Source: an uncultured Chthonomonadaceae bacterium
Lineage (GTDB): Bacteria; Armatimonadota; Chthonomonadetes; Chthonomonadales; Chthonomonadaceae
Direction: 5' to 3'
Length of the DNA: 64,000 nucleotides
NCBI GenBank assembly: GCA_963817895.1
Contig: CAWFQB010000002.1
Location: 693,973-757,972 of the forward strand
Made by a program: the position numbers and the translations under genes
Notes under the pieces: model-generated
Database searches by the model: none
The model's input: only the letters and a program-made list of their open reading frames with translations
Told to the model about the DNA's origin: nothing
Shown: positions 1 to 10,752 of the stretch, one piece after another
How the letters are laid out: each line of letters opens with the position of its first letter
How positions within the stretch are numbered: the first letter of the stretch is position 1

Positions 1-1161
1 TACGCATCCTATGATCCAAACAATCAAGTGGAGTGCGTTCCGAAGATGCTTGAGAATGCTCATAAACTAAATTGGTTCAGTGAACAGGGAGCTATACCCC
101 GTGATATAAAATCGTATAAAGAGGGGCTGGCTAAAGTAAATTGTTCCATTAGCTCCGGTTGGGCTTTCAATAATTTATCTTCTATTAACTTGATTGAATA
201 CGCAGCATTTTTTAATCAGACTGGTGGGTCCTATTCGTCTGTTATAAGCGATCCGCAGGCATTAATCTGTTACGGATATGGCGCAAACCGCCGAATGGGA
301 ACCACTTCGCTGACCGACTCGCTGGATGCGGATTCGTCAGCCAGTTTGTTTTCGGATACCGTTGAACTTATGAACGCGGAGGAGTGGCTGCTTCAGGCGG
401 ATTATGCGGTAAGCCGAACCAAAGGGGCAGAAAGTAAACGGGCGGAGAATCAGTACAACCGCGTTAAGAAGATTCTTACGGAGTTGCTGCCGGATGTAGA
501 AGACCTTCGCATCAGCGAATCCGCGTCGTTAAGATTGGGGCCGCATGTTCAGGCGAAAACCCCGTATGGGTGGGTTCCCATTCAAAGTTTGAGTTTAGGT
601 TATCGCACCTTGCTGACGTGGATGGTTGATTTAGCGGCCCGTTTGTTTGAACGTTATCCTAACAGCAAAAACCCGCTTGCCGAACCTGCCGTTGTGCTTG
701 TGGACGAGATAGATTTACATCTTCATCCAAAATGGCAAAGGAAACTGATTCAGTTCCTGAGCGACACCTTTCCGAACACGCAATTTATAGCCACTGCGCA
801 CAGTCCGCTTGTGGTGCAAGCCGCTTCGGATGCCAACATCGTTTTGCTTCAACGCGAAGGCGATCACGTCGTAATCAACAATGATGTGAATACGATTGAA
901 GGATGGCGGGCAGATCAAATACTGACGAGCGACCTGTTTGGTTTAGACAGTGCGCGCCCACCCCAATTGGATGCGGCTCTGCAAGAGCGTGAACGCCTGC
1001 TTGCCAAAAGCCGATTGACCAAAACAAATAAAAAGCGTATCGAAGAACTGGAACGACAGATTGGGTCCATGCCTACCGGCGAGACACCGCAGGACATCAA
1101 GGCAATGGATATTATTCGCAGAGCCGCCAGCCTGCTTGAACAAAATGGACGCTTCAAGTAA
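1..1161 (+). CDS. AAA/ABC-type ATPase, Septu PtuA-like (5'-truncated by window edge)
   Basis: Frame open from base 1. Signature-like LSLGYR, Walker B/D-loop VVLVDEIDLHLHPKWQ, H-loop FIATAHSP. Walker A not in window. Directly upstream of an HNH gene. Confidence 0.85.
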   Translation, partial: YASYDPNNQVECVPKMLENAHKLNWFSEQGAIPRDIKSYKEGLAKVNCSISSGWAFNNLSSINLIEYAAFFNQTGGSYSSVISDPQALICYGYGANRRMGTTSLTDSLDADSSASLFSDTVELMNAEEWLLQADYAVSRTKGAESKRAENQYNRVKKILTELLPDVEDLRISESASLRLGPHVQAKTPYGWVPIQSLSLGYRTLLTWMVDLAARLFERYPNSKNPLAEPAVVLVDEIDLHLHPKWQRKLIQFLSDTFPNTQFIATAHSPLVVQAASDANIVLLQREGDHVVINNDVNTIEGWRADQILTSDLFGLDSARPPQLDAALQERERLLAKSRLTKTNKKRIEELERQIGSMPTGETPQDIKAMDIIRRAASLLEQNGRFK

Positions 1162-1185
1162 GTTTCACGGTACGGGGTCATGTAG

Positions 1186-1971
1186 TTGATTAAAATTACC
1201 AAACCGGAAACCCCACCTTCGATTTTAACTACTACCGGTCGTATTAAATGCACTGCTCTGTGTCAGGAGTACACACGATTGGTGAACAGTGTTGCCCCGA
1301 CAACATTGGAGTTGAATTTTGACCCTGCGGTTTATGGACATCCAGAGGTAAAGCAAGCCTTAATAGACGCGCAGCACGAGAAATGTTGCTTTTGTGAGAG
1401 CAAGGTTGGCGAAGAGGGAGATATTGAGCATTTTCGTCCCAAAGCCGCTTTTCGTCAAGGCGCAGCCTTGCCACTGGAAAAGCCGGGTTATTATTGGTTG
1501 GCTTATGAATGGGATAATTTGCTTTTGTGCTGTTCGCCCTGTAATCAGCGACATAAAAAGAACCTGTTCCCTTTGGGTGATCCGAATACAAGAGCGAGAT
1601 CGCATAACGACTCCATAGCAGAAGAAGAACCATTATTCATTCATCCGGCTCATGTGGATCCAGCGCGGCACATATCGTTTCATAAAGAAGTCGCTTTCAG
1701 CATCAATAACAGCAGGCATGGCGAACAAACAATTAACGCTCTAAAGCTGAACCGGAAGATACTGAAAGAGAAACGTTTTAAGTGCTTGAAAAATTTAGTG
1801 CTGATGCGCCAAATATTAGGGTTGAGAGACGAACTCTCCAACAGCCCACAAGGGCTGGAGATTTTGAATGAAGCAACGCAAGTTTTAGAAGATGCAGTTA
1901 CCGACTCGGCGGAATATACGGCAATGGCGCGAGTTGCCGCGCAATCGGATTTTCGTATAGCGTTACCTTGA
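1186..1971 (+). CDS. HNH endonuclease, Septu PtuB-like
   Basis: KCCFCE...IEHFRPK...YYWLAYEWDNLLLCCSPCN motif (CxxC, EHxxPK, WxNL, CxxCN), typical of ATPase-associated HNH nucleases. TTG start. Confidence 0.85.
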   Translation: MIKITKPETPPSILTTTGRIKCTALCQEYTRLVNSVAPTTLELNFDPAVYGHPEVKQALIDAQHEKCCFCESKVGEEGDIEHFRPKAAFRQGAALPLEKPGYYWLAYEWDNLLLCCSPCNQRHKKNLFPLGDPNTRARSHNDSIAEEEPLFIHPAHVDPARHISFHKEVAFSINNSRHGEQTINALKLNRKILKEKRFKCLKNLVLMRQILGLRDELSNSPQGLEILNEATQVLEDAVTDSAEYTAMARVAAQSDFRIALP

Positions 1972-2094
1972 AAAGCCGCAATCCCGCAACATTCCCATGC
2001 TCTGCCTACAGGAAACAGGCTTTCGTGGTGGAGATGCGCAAACAATTCGCCTGCTTCAACAAGAAAGCCAACTCAACAAGAAAGTGAAAACGAA

Positions 2095-2388
2095 ATGGCA
2101 GCCAATCACAAACTTACCGGTGTTCTACAAGGCCGAACAATTTCCGGCACACAAAATTCGGGCGGCAATTTCACAATCACGTTTACGGACGGTTCGCGCA
2201 TGACGGTAAAAACAGCAGGTTCGTCCAACAGCGCCAGCACGGGCGGCACGATCCGAGAGGCGCGTCAGGAGGGAACGACGCTCACCCTTGAAATGGAGGC
2301 CGGTTCCTCGTTGAGCGTCACGACTGCGGGGGCTACGAGCGGCATTGTCGTGAGAAATCAGAGTGGCGCAATGGAGTATTCGGATTGA
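2095..2388 (+). CDS. small hypothetical beta-rich protein with internal two-fold repeat
   Basis: 97-aa ORF. The halves GRTISG...ITFTDGSRMTVKTAG and GGTIRE...LEMEAGSSLSVTTAG resemble each other. Confidence 0.6.
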   Translation: MAANHKLTGVLQGRTISGTQNSGGNFTITFTDGSRMTVKTAGSSNSASTGGTIREARQEGTTLTLEMEAGSSLSVTTAGATSGIVVRNQSGAMEYSD

Positions 2389-2489
2389 CGGACGGCAGGG
2401 CGCATTGCCGAGTTGCGGTTGTTTAGAGTATGATTTGTGGCAAGAAAAATCCAGAGCAGTAGACAGCGCTTGAGAAAGCGAGTGGCACG

Positions 2490-3428
2490 ATGCGACTTTT
2501 CGGATTGGGCGGGGGAACTCCCGAAGATGAGGCGACGAAGCAGCGGCGCGAGGCGAGCGAACGCTCCATTGCGCAGGGCGGCTTGCCGCTTAACGCTATT
2601 GACCGCCTGCGCGAACAGAAATCGCGGCAGAACACGCCCGGACACATCTTCACCAGTGACCTGAGCGTAAATGAACTGGTTCTGGTACATCAGGCCGGGT
2701 ATGAGCCGCTCGGTCAGGTGATGGGCAGCAGCGTGTATCATATCGGCTGGCAGTGGATGCCCTATTCCAGTTGGAATTCCGGCGAACTGACCGTGCTGAC
2801 GCAGGCATTTTATGAGGCGCGGCATCTGGCGCTCGGACGGCTGTATCAGGAAGCGGCCCTGCTTGGCGCAACCGGCGTGGTCGGCGTCCGGCTGGAAAAG
2901 CGCGAATACGAGTGGGGTTCGTCCCTGCTGGAATTCGCCGCCATCGGCACGGCCATACGGGAATTCGACGTTCCGCCCCCCGCCGAAGGAACCGCGCAGC
3001 CGTTTCTGAGCGACCTGAGCGGCGAAGAGTTCTGGATGCTGCGGCAAACGGGGTTCCGGCCTGTCGGCGTCGCCATCGGCAACTGCACCTACTATCAGGT
3101 TCCCTCGTGGAATACGCGAAACGTGACGAACGGCGGCTGGATGGGCGGCGCGTGGACCAATCAGGAATTACCCGACTACACGCAGGCTTTGTACAACGCC
3201 CGTTCGCTCGCCATGAGCCGCATGGAACACGAGGCGCGGCAATTCAACGCGGTCGGCATCGTTGGCGCGGACGTGGAAATACTGGGCGAACCCCGCGAAG
3301 TCGAAGTCAGCGAAAACAACCGCCGCACCGACATGATTTTCCACTACACCGCCATCGGCACGGCTATCGCGCCCTATACGGGCCGCTGGCCGATTTTCAA
3401 AGTGATGAATACGGTATCACTCAAATAG
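2490..3428 (+). CDS. YbjQ/UPF0145-like heavy-metal-binding domain protein (two domains)
   Basis: FTSDLSVNE...ARxLAxxR...A..LGAxGVVGVRL...EFxAIGTA motif present twice. Confidence 0.85.
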   Translation: MRLFGLGGGTPEDEATKQRREASERSIAQGGLPLNAIDRLREQKSRQNTPGHIFTSDLSVNELVLVHQAGYEPLGQVMGSSVYHIGWQWMPYSSWNSGELTVLTQAFYEARHLALGRLYQEAALLGATGVVGVRLEKREYEWGSSLLEFAAIGTAIREFDVPPPAEGTAQPFLSDLSGEEFWMLRQTGFRPVGVAIGNCTYYQVPSWNTRNVTNGGWMGGAWTNQELPDYTQALYNARSLAMSRMEHEARQFNAVGIVGADVEILGEPREVEVSENNRRTDMIFHYTAIGTAIAPYTGRWPIFKVMNTVSLK

Positions 3429-3508
3429 GGAGTAGGTTGTAGGGAGTAGGAGTAGGAAAGGCGCGTTCAACTCACGCATTGTCCTACTCCCTACAACCTA
3501 CTCCCTAT
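3425..3508. repeat. 27-bp perfect inverted repeat built of GGGAGTAGG/TTGTAGG units (hairpin)
   Basis: atagggagtaggttgtagggagtagga (3425-3451) is the reverse complement of 3482-3508. Confidence 0.85.
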
Positions 3509-3522
3509 CCGAAGGAGACCCC

Positions 3523-4344
3523 ATGCCCTACACACCCGGTTCGCAGGAAGGATTGCCCGAAGCGGCGCGACAACGATTGACGGATATGCGCGGCGGGGCC
3601 GGCAAGCGTCCGCTGTTTACCAGTGATTTGTCGGTCAACGAGTTTTTGCTGGTGCGCGAGGCCGGCTTCGATCCCGTCGGCCTCGTCATGGGCAGCAGCA
3701 TCTATCATATCGGCTTTCAGTTCGCCAACTTCTTCCAGAATCAGGAGATGACGGTTCTGACGCAGGCGATGTACCATGCCCGCGAACTGGCAATGACGCG
3801 CATGGAGGAGGAGGCCGACATACTCGGCGCGGACGGCGTTGTGGGCGTCCGGCTGGAGGTGACGCGCTACGAATGGGGCGAACATCTGGCGGAATTTATG
3901 GCGATCGGCACGGCTATCAAACACCGAACGGGCGAACATTACCGCACACATGATAATCGCCCCTTCACGTCCGATCTGAACGGTCAGGATTTCTGGACAC
4001 TGCTGCGCGCGGGTTATCGCCCGGTTTCGATGGTGATGGGAACCTGCGTGTACCATGTGGCGCACCGGGGATTGATGCAGTCGCTGGCACAGGCCGGACG
4101 CAACACAGAGATGCAGAACTACACGCAGGCGCTGTACGATGCCCGCGAACTGTCGCTGTCGCGGATGCAGGCCGAAGCCGAAACGGAACAGGCCGAGGGC
4201 ATCGTGGGGGCGCAGGTCAAGGAGAGCAGTCACGGTTGGGGCAGCCATGTCATCGAATATTTTGCGGTCGGCACAGCAGTCACGTCCATCTCCGACAAAC
4301 ACCAGATAGAAACGCCAACCCTGATCCTTCCGCTGACCGGCTAA
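3523..4344 (+). CDS. YbjQ/UPF0145-like heavy-metal-binding domain protein (two domains), paralog of 2490..3428
   Basis: Same duplicated FTSDL/ARELAMxRM/AIGTA motifs. AAGGAG RBS. Confidence 0.85.
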   Translation: MPYTPGSQEGLPEAARQRLTDMRGGAGKRPLFTSDLSVNEFLLVREAGFDPVGLVMGSSIYHIGFQFANFFQNQEMTVLTQAMYHARELAMTRMEEEADILGADGVVGVRLEVTRYEWGEHLAEFMAIGTAIKHRTGEHYRTHDNRPFTSDLNGQDFWTLLRAGYRPVSMVMGTCVYHVAHRGLMQSLAQAGRNTEMQNYTQALYDARELSLSRMQAEAETEQAEGIVGAQVKESSHGWGSHVIEYFAVGTAVTSISDKHQIETPTLILPLTG

Positions 4345-4349
4345 ACGGT

Positions 4350-4985
4350 ATGGCAAGCCGCAAACAAGAGCGCTTCATCAAAGTTCCTGACTGGTTCTCA
4401 GAACCGACACAACGCTTTCCTTCTCTTTCTGTAGTTGTTCGGGAAGAATTTGATAGCGTTGTGGCTGCGCAAACTTACGCCGAAATGTTGAACGCTCGGG
4501 TAAACTTTGGCGAAAAGTTGATTGTAGCAAACATGGTAAATGAGTTCCTTACGCAGCTAATGGAACGAGGCATGCCCCTGCCGCAGGAGATGGTTGTAGA
4601 TGCCAATGCGTTTCGTGAATACGAACGGAACAAAGTACGGTTCATCGCCGCCAAAACTGTGGATAAGACAATCTATATCAATCCGTCTTCGATTGTATGG
4701 ATAAATCCTGTTCAGGCGGCGCAAATGTACGAAGGCCGGTTCTGGTCTACGCCACATCCTTTGCATCCATTCTTCCATGAAGAGGGGCATATTTTACTTG
4801 GCACAGCAGGAAGCCCCCGCCCCCTTAGCGCAAAACAGGCGAATGTAGCCGCTTCTGTAAGTACCTACGCAAAAGGAAATCAAGAAGAATTAGTTTGTGA
4901 AATGCTTGCAGGGCTGTTTTGCGAGGTTGAATACGATGCCGATATGATGCGTTTATACAAGCGTTTAGGAGGAAAAACGATATGA
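4350..4985 (+). CDS. zincin-like metallopeptidase domain protein
   Basis: HEEGH (HExxH) followed by VSTYAKGNQEELVCE (SxYA...E third-ligand region). ATG at 4350 just after the upstream stop. Lower GC than neighbours. Confidence 0.6.
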   Translation: MASRKQERFIKVPDWFSEPTQRFPSLSVVVREEFDSVVAAQTYAEMLNARVNFGEKLIVANMVNEFLTQLMERGMPLPQEMVVDANAFREYERNKVRFIAAKTVDKTIYINPSSIVWINPVQAAQMYEGRFWSTPHPLHPFFHEEGHILLGTAGSPRPLSAKQANVAASVSTYAKGNQEELVCEMLAGLFCEVEYDADMMRLYKRLGGKTI

Positions 4986-5200
4986 TTAACGCCGTTCAGT
5001 GCGGCTTTTGTAAGCATTATTGGGCGGGAAAGGAATCGTGCGATGCCTTTCCTGATGGTATTCCAGTTGAGATTTTAAACAATTCGCGCGATCATCGGCT
5101 TCCCTATCCGGGCGATCACAACATTCGCATGGAATTGAAGCCGGGTGTACCCGAGGCAATGTTGGGTGAACTGCTCAGTGCGGAGCAGAAGGCGGCCTAA
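4982..5200 (+). CDS. small Cys/His-rich protein (CxxCxH...CxAFPxGIP...DHxxPxxGD)
   Basis: 72 aa, ATGA overlap with the upstream stop, AGGAGG RBS. Confidence 0.75.
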   Translation: MINAVQCGFCKHYWAGKESCDAFPDGIPVEILNNSRDHRLPYPGDHNIRMELKPGVPEAMLGELLSAEQKAA

Positions 5201-5247
5201 CATTCCAAAAATATATTTTTAATGTTCCTGTACATTTTGTCTGAATA

Positions 5248-6222
5248 TTGTACTATTTTCAGGGAGGACGCGCTATCTCACCCGAAGATGCAGCAAAAAT
5301 TGGGACGCGGCTGGCGTCGAAGCAGACTGAAGAGCGGATGCGGGCGGTGGGGCATTTACGGCGGATTGCCGATGCCGACGCCCAAACCCTGCTGCTCAAA
5401 ACGCTCAAAGACCGGAGCCACTATGTAGGCGCGTTGGCGGCGGAAGCGCTGGCCGAATGCGCCGATGAGCGCCTGCTGCCGCAGTTAATCGCCCTGTTCG
5501 ACTGGTTTGCCGAAGACGGTTTGGGGCGCGATACGGGCTGCCACATTCGGGGCCACTTAGCCGTGCTGTTCGGCAGGATGGAAGCGCAGTCGGCTGTAGA
5601 CGCCCTGCGCGTCGGCATCAAGACGCGGCAAATGGAAGCGGTTGGCGGAATTCCGACGGATACCGCCGTTCATTTACGCGCCAATTGCGCCCTTGCCCTC
5701 GCGCAACTGCGCCCGCCCGACGCCCTACGCGACATTGCCCTGCTGCTGTTCGATGAGGGCAAGGGCGCGATTACCCACGCTTCCAATGCCAAATACGTCA
5801 CGATTGAGTGCCGCAAGGCGGCGGCGCAGGCGCTTGCCCATCTCGCCAATCCGCAGGGGATCGTTCCGCTTGCTATCAAACTGACTTACCCCGAAGACGA
5901 AGCGCCCGAAGTGCTGCAAGAGTGTTTGCAGGCCGTCGTGGATTTGGAAGACGAGCGCGGCATGGAACTGATTGCGCCCTATCTTTCCCATTCCGACGCG
6001 CATCTCGCCGCGTTCGCCTGCCTGATGGTAGCCCGCGCGCACGACCCGCAAGCCCCATTCCTCATCCTCCGTACCCTTTCCCGTCTGACCGGCGATCCGC
6101 TCGAAGCCGCCATCCTTGCCCTGTCCACCCTCCGTACCGAAGACGCGCATAAGATGCTGAAAGAGCTTGCGGAAAGCGACCGCAAGGATGTTCGGCGTAT
6201 CGTCAAGGAATTAGGGTTTTAG
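5248..6222 (+). CDS. HEAT/PBS-lyase repeat protein
   Basis: Repeated R..AA.AL..L helical units. TTG start uncertain. Confidence 0.8.
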   Translation: MYYFQGGRAISPEDAAKIGTRLASKQTEERMRAVGHLRRIADADAQTLLLKTLKDRSHYVGALAAEALAECADERLLPQLIALFDWFAEDGLGRDTGCHIRGHLAVLFGRMEAQSAVDALRVGIKTRQMEAVGGIPTDTAVHLRANCALALAQLRPPDALRDIALLLFDEGKGAITHASNAKYVTIECRKAAAQALAHLANPQGIVPLAIKLTYPEDEAPEVLQECLQAVVDLEDERGMELIAPYLSHSDAHLAAFACLMVARAHDPQAPFLILRTLSRLTGDPLEAAILALSTLRTEDAHKMLKELAESDRKDVRRIVKELGF

Positions 6223-6323
6223 GGTCAATACCGTTCAAATAAGCGTTCGTAGGGACACAACATGTTGTGTCCTCCCCCGGTAGAGAACAAACAGCCACCA
6301 ATCGCCAATCACTAACCACCAAC

Positions 6324-8366
6324 TCACATTGCCGCGTGAATGGCGGGACGGCGTTCGGGATTCGGTTCGGCAATGCGGAGCACTTCCCGCGTCACAGGCG
6401 CGACATCACCCTTGCCCGAAAGCACATAACGCAGCAGGTACAACAGTGGATTCCCTTCCGTCCAGTTGAAGTAGGCGTGAGGACGCTTGCCCGTCATATC
6501 GCGGATGTGCAGCAGCAGAGCCGCAATCGAATTGGGAACTGCGGTGCCTTCCCCGCGCAGCACGCGGTGGCCGTCCACTTCCACGCCCTGTACGCGCAGC
6601 GCGTCCGTGAAGTCGGAAGCGTCGCGAACTTTCACCTCCATAAACAGCACAGGCTCCTGCGCGGGAATCTGATGGTCTTCCCGCGCGCTTTTTTCCTTGT
6701 CCTGATACTCGGAAGTATCCCCCGCATCCGGGTGATTCGCGATGAGGTGCAGCGTGGAACGTTGCGCGGCCTCCTCGATGAAGCGGCGCGCGTTATCGTC
6801 CAGTTCAATATGCGTGACGCGCAGTTCCGTCGTGCGCCACACCCGCGACAGCAGGGACACGAGGACAATGGAAAAGATAAACACAGCCGCGATTTTGATA
6901 CCGTCGGGACGCTCGAAGATGTTGACAATGGTGGTATACGCGAATACCACCGCAATCACGCCGTAGCCACCCGCAGCGGTTTTCGCGCCCCGCTTCCACG
7001 CGCTGATGGTGACGGCGACCGCCGCGCTTGTCATCAGCACCAGAACGCCGGTCGCATACGCCCCGCCCTGCGCATTCACATCCGCCTTGAACAGCAGGGT
7101 AATCACGGTTGCCACAACCACATACACAATGACAAGCGGGCGCGAGGCGCGCGTCCATTCGGGAGCCATGCCGTAGCGGGGCAGATAGCGCGGCACGATG
7201 TTAATCAATCCGGCCATTGCCGACGCCCCCGCAAACCATAAAATCAGAATGGTAGACGCATCATAAACGGTTCCAAACCCGTTGCCCAGCATGTCGTGAG
7301 CGAGGTAGGCAAGGGCGCGGCCATTGGCTTTGCCGCCCTCCTTGAACGCTTCCGCCGGGATGAGGAGCGTCGTTACCAAACTGCTTGTCAGCAGAAACAC
7401 GCTCATAATCACAGCCGCCACAAGCAGCAGCAGGCGCGTGTTGCGGATGCGCCCGTTGGGAACACCCTGCGCGTCGTCCGCATCCCCCTTGATGAGCGGC
7501 ATCACGGCAACGCCCGTTTCAAAGCCGGACAGGCCAAGCGCGAGCTTGGGAAACAGCAGGAGCGACACGCCGATCATGGCGAACACGTTGCCGTGCTGCT
7601 GAAACAGAGCGGTTTTCCACTGCCCGAACACTTCGGGGTGGGCAAACACATGTTTGATGCCGACCGCCATGACAATGGCGTTCAGCCCTAAATACACCCC
7701 GACCAGCACCACCGCAATGCCAATCGCCTCCTTGAACCCCTTGAGAAAAATCGCGCCTAACAGGAACACCAGCGTAAGCGTAATCAGAATAGCTTTGCCG
7801 TGCATAATATGGGCCGTATAAGGGTTTTCAATCAAGTGAGCGGCGGCATCGGCAGCGGAAAGCGTAATGGTAATGATGAAATCCGTCGCCACAAACCCAA
7901 GCAGGCACAGAACGAACAATTTGCCCTGCCACCAGGGGAGCAGACGTTCCAGCATGGAAATAGAGCCTTCGCCGTTGGGACTTTCCCGCGCGACCCGGTT
8001 GTAAATGGGCAACGCGCCAAACAGGGTCAGCAGCACGAGAATCAGGGTGGCGAGTGGCGACAACGCGCCTGCCGCGAGGGCGGCAATTCCCGGCTGGTAG
8101 CCAAGCGTGGAAAAGTAATCCACGCCCGTCAGACACATCACCTGCCACCAGGTGTGCGGCGGGTGCTGATGCGGTTTTTGCCCCGGTCCCTCCGCGCCTT
8201 CGGGATGGATGCCTTCCAGCAGCCAGCGTTTGAAGCCGCTCTGAGGATGCGCGTTCGCATTCGATGAGGCAGGCGGCATGGCTGGCGCGAGCGCTGCAAC
8301 AGGCGTAGAACTGGATTGTGTTGAGTTGGATTGTTTTGAATCAGATGGCTGCGCTGTATCGCTCAT
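6324..8366 (-). CDS. APC-superfamily amino acid/cation permease with C-terminal cytoplasmic domain
   Basis: [16 protein letters not shown] (TM1) and LSGFETG (TM6) motifs, about 12 hydrophobic segments. Confidence 0.85.
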   Translation of the reverse strand: MSDTAQPSDSKQSNSTQSSSTPVAALAPAMPPASSNANAHPQSGFKRWLLEGIHPEGAEGPGQKPHQHPPHTWWQVMCLTGVDYFSTLGYQPGIAALAAGALSPLATLILVLLTLFGALPIYNRVARESPNGEGSISMLERLLPWWQGKLFVLCLLGFVATDFIITITLSAADAAAHLIENPYTAHIMHGKAILITLTLVFLLGAIFLKGFKEAIGIAVVLVGVYLGLNAIVMAVGIKHVFAHPEVFGQWKTALFQQHGNVFAMIGVSLLLFPKLALGLSGFETGVAVMPLIKGDADDAQGVPNGRIRNTRLLLLVAAVIMSVFLLTSSLVTTLLIPAEAFKEGGKANGRALAYLAHDMLGNGFGTVYDASTILILWFAGASAMAGLINIVPRYLPRYGMAPEWTRASRPLVIVYVVVATVITLLFKADVNAQGGAYATGVLVLMTSAAVAVTISAWKRGAKTAAGGYGVIAVVFAYTTIVNIFERPDGIKIAAVFIFSIVLVSLLSRVWRTTELRVTHIELDDNARRFIEEAAQRSTLHLIANHPDAGDTSEYQDKEKSAREDHQIPAQEPVLFMEVKVRDASDFTDALRVQGVEVDGHRVLRGEGTAVPNSIAALLLHIRDMTGKRPHAYFNWTEGNPLLYLLRYVLSGKGDVAPVTREVLRIAEPNPERRPAIHAAM

Positions 8367-8534
8367 GCCGTCACCTCGCGCGCTGCAATATTTCCGCAGA
8401 GATTAGTGATGGGATGGAAGCGGCGCGCCTTTTGCAACAGTCATTTTCACGCTGTTACAATCAGGAAATGGCGCTTGTCTTCATCCAACAGGCACTACGC
8501 AGCAGAACGCGGTTTGACAGCATCAGCAGGAACA

Positions 8535-9371
8535 TTACGGCTGCGCGTTGGCGATAAAATCTTTGCTCGTGGTGGTCGTATCCAGATTGGAGTATTTGCG
8601 GAACTTCGAACTACCGTCGTAGCGCAGGCCGATGAAGCCATCCGTATGCCGCGCCGGGTAATGGGTGTGCGCCGTATCTTGTTCCAGAGGAAACGGGCCG
8701 CGCATGTTGTAGGGCATACCGGGCGAACCGTTGCCCGCGCCCGGAGGATTGGCCGCGCCCATGCTGCCCGTATTCGCGCAGCCGGGTGTTTTAGCATGAT
8801 CCCACACGAAATACACGGTTGGATTGGTAATGAACGCATCCGGCTGCCCCATCGGGCCGTTATAAATGTAGCTCATGGCGTAGCCGACCTGCCCTTCCGG
8901 GTACGAGGGGCAGCGAAATATCTGCTGGTTTTTCACATACGGCTGTAAAAACCCCGCCTTCAGACCGGTATAACTTGTGGGCAGCGGTTTCGGTTCGGAG
9001 GAGATATTGTTGTCATAGGGCGCCCACCAGGTTTCCAGCGGCCCTGTGGGAATGGTAGCCGTCGCTAAATTCGCGCAGAGCGGATCATTGGCATAAGCAG
9101 GGTCGCAAAACCGATAGCGACAGTTGACCTCATCGTAATCGCTGCGGTACATTGTCAGGGCAAGCGCGATTTGATGTTGATTGCTGATACACGCCGCCTG
9201 CCGTCCCTTTTCCCGCGCTTGCGCAAATACAGGAAACAGAATCGCGGCGAGAATAGATATAATGGCGATCACGACGAGCAGTTCGATCAGGGTAAAGGCG
9301 GTGTTCGGTGTTTGGTGTTCGGTGTTGGGCGCTTTTGTAATGCGTAGCGCAGAGTGTCGAGTGCTGAACAT
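8535..9371 (-). CDS. prepilin-type N-terminal cleavage/methylation, DUF1559/H-X9-DG family protein
   Basis: [35 protein letters not shown] and C-terminal [12 protein letters not shown] (H-X9-DG). Start chosen at ATG 9371. Confidence 0.9.
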   Translation of the reverse strand: MFSTRHSALRITKAPNTEHQTPNTAFTLIELLVVIAIISILAAILFPVFAQAREKGRQAACISNQHQIALALTMYRSDYDEVNCRYRFCDPAYANDPLCANLATATIPTGPLETWWAPYDNNISSEPKPLPTSYTGLKAGFLQPYVKNQQIFRCPSYPEGQVGYAMSYIYNGPMGQPDAFITNPTVYFVWDHAKTPGCANTGSMGAANPPGAGNGSPGMPYNMRGPFPLEQDTAHTHYPARHTDGFIGLRYDGSSKFRKYSNLDTTTTSKDFIANAQP

Positions 9372-9422
9372 GACGGCGAATTCCTCACAATTACAGGTTG
9401 AAGCAACTTTGAACATGGCTCT

Positions 9423-9441
9423 ATGCAAGTATATACTACAT
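9423..9441. promoter_or_regulatory. palindromic candidate operator between divergent genes
   Basis: atgcaAGTATATACTacat, with a perfect 10-bp core palindrome at 9428-9437, upstream of the HTH regulator. Confidence 0.45.
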
Positions 9442-9485
9442 TAGGTTAGAAATAATTGCCTGAATATTCCACTTGACGCGCTTTG

Positions 9486-10751
9486 ATGGAAAATATGAAG
9501 ACGGACAGCGAAAAAACCAAAAACGAGGGCGGGCTGAAGAACCGGCTCCAGGCAACGCGAACCCGGCTTGGGCTGAGTCAGCGGGAACTGGCGGGAGTGG
9601 CCGGCATAACGCGGCAGACTATCGGCGGCATTGAGGCGGAATTGTACGCGCCCTCGGCCTCTGTGGCGCTGCGGTTGGCGAAAGCGTTGGGCTGCCGCGT
9701 GGAAGACCTGTTCTGGCTGGAAGACGATTTGCCGACGGTGCAGGCAAGGTTGGTTTTGCCCGATTCTGTGCAGACGGCAGGAGGGGAGAGGAGCGACGCG
9801 GAAAGCGCGTTCACTGCTGAAGGCATAAGCGCGGCAGGAAACGGAGCCGCTTTGCCCCGGCGCGTCACGCTGGCGCAGATTGGCGGCAAATGGATCGCTC
9901 ACCCTTTGCAGAACGCGCAGGCGTTCCGTACCGAACTGATTCCGGCGGATGGGCTTACCAATGTTCAAACAGACGTTGCGGCGCGTAATTCAGCGCCGAG
10001 CGTTTCGGAAAATGTTGCTGTACGCTTGCTGGATGAGCCGGACGCGCTGATGCGGACGGTTCTGCTGGCGGGATGCGCGCCCGCGCTGTCGCTGTGGGCG
10101 CGTTCGGCGGAACGGTGGCATCCGGGTTTGCGCGTCCACTGGCGACACGCCAACAGCACCATCGCGCTGGAAAGCCTGGCGCGGGGCGAAATTCACGCGG
10201 CGGGCGTCCATTTATGCGATATTCGTGGCGGACACGACAATGCGCCGTTTGTACGGCAAGCGCTGAAGCAGGGTTCTCTCGTACTGGTCAATCTGGGCGT
10301 GTGGGAGGAGGGGCTATTGCTGCGTCCGGGCAACCCGAAATGCCTGCAAACGGGAGCGGACCTGACGCAGGGGGGCGTTCGCATCATAAACAGGGAGCCG
10401 GGAGCCGGGTCGCGCCTGCTGCTTGATAGCTGGCTGCAAAGCGAACATATCGAACCGGAACAGGTGGCGGGTTACGGGCAACTCGTTGGCGGGCATCTGG
10501 AAGTGGCGCAGGCGATACAGGCGGGCGTCGCGGATGCGGGAATCAGCGCGGAGTCGGTAGCCGCGATTTACGGACTTGATTTTGTACCCCTGCGCTCGGT
10601 GCGCTACGATTTAGCCCTGCGCAAAGAGACGCTGGATTTTGAGCCGATGCAGCAACTGCTCGGCACACTGCGCCATCGCTGGATACAATCCCAACTCCGC
10701 GCGCTCGGCGGGTATGATACGACACATACCGGCGATATTATCGAAGTGTAA
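9486..10751 (+). CDS. XRE-HTH transcriptional regulator fused to PBP (molybdate-binding-type) domain
   Basis: N-terminal LSQRELA..AGITRQTI..IE HTH. C-terminal GEIHAAGVHL, NREPGAGSR.LLD and ADAGI...YDL PBP-like motifs. Confidence 0.85.
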   Translation: MENMKTDSEKTKNEGGLKNRLQATRTRLGLSQRELAGVAGITRQTIGGIEAELYAPSASVALRLAKALGCRVEDLFWLEDDLPTVQARLVLPDSVQTAGGERSDAESAFTAEGISAAGNGAALPRRVTLAQIGGKWIAHPLQNAQAFRTELIPADGLTNVQTDVAARNSAPSVSENVAVRLLDEPDALMRTVLLAGCAPALSLWARSAERWHPGLRVHWRHANSTIALESLARGEIHAAGVHLCDIRGGHDNAPFVRQALKQGSLVLVNLGVWEEGLLLRPGNPKCLQTGADLTQGGVRIINREPGAGSRLLLDSWLQSEHIEPEQVAGYGQLVGGHLEVAQAIQAGVADAGISAESVAAIYGLDFVPLRSVRYDLALRKETLDFEPMQQLLGTLRHRWIQSQLRALGGYDTTHTGDIIEV

Positions 10752-10752
10752 A

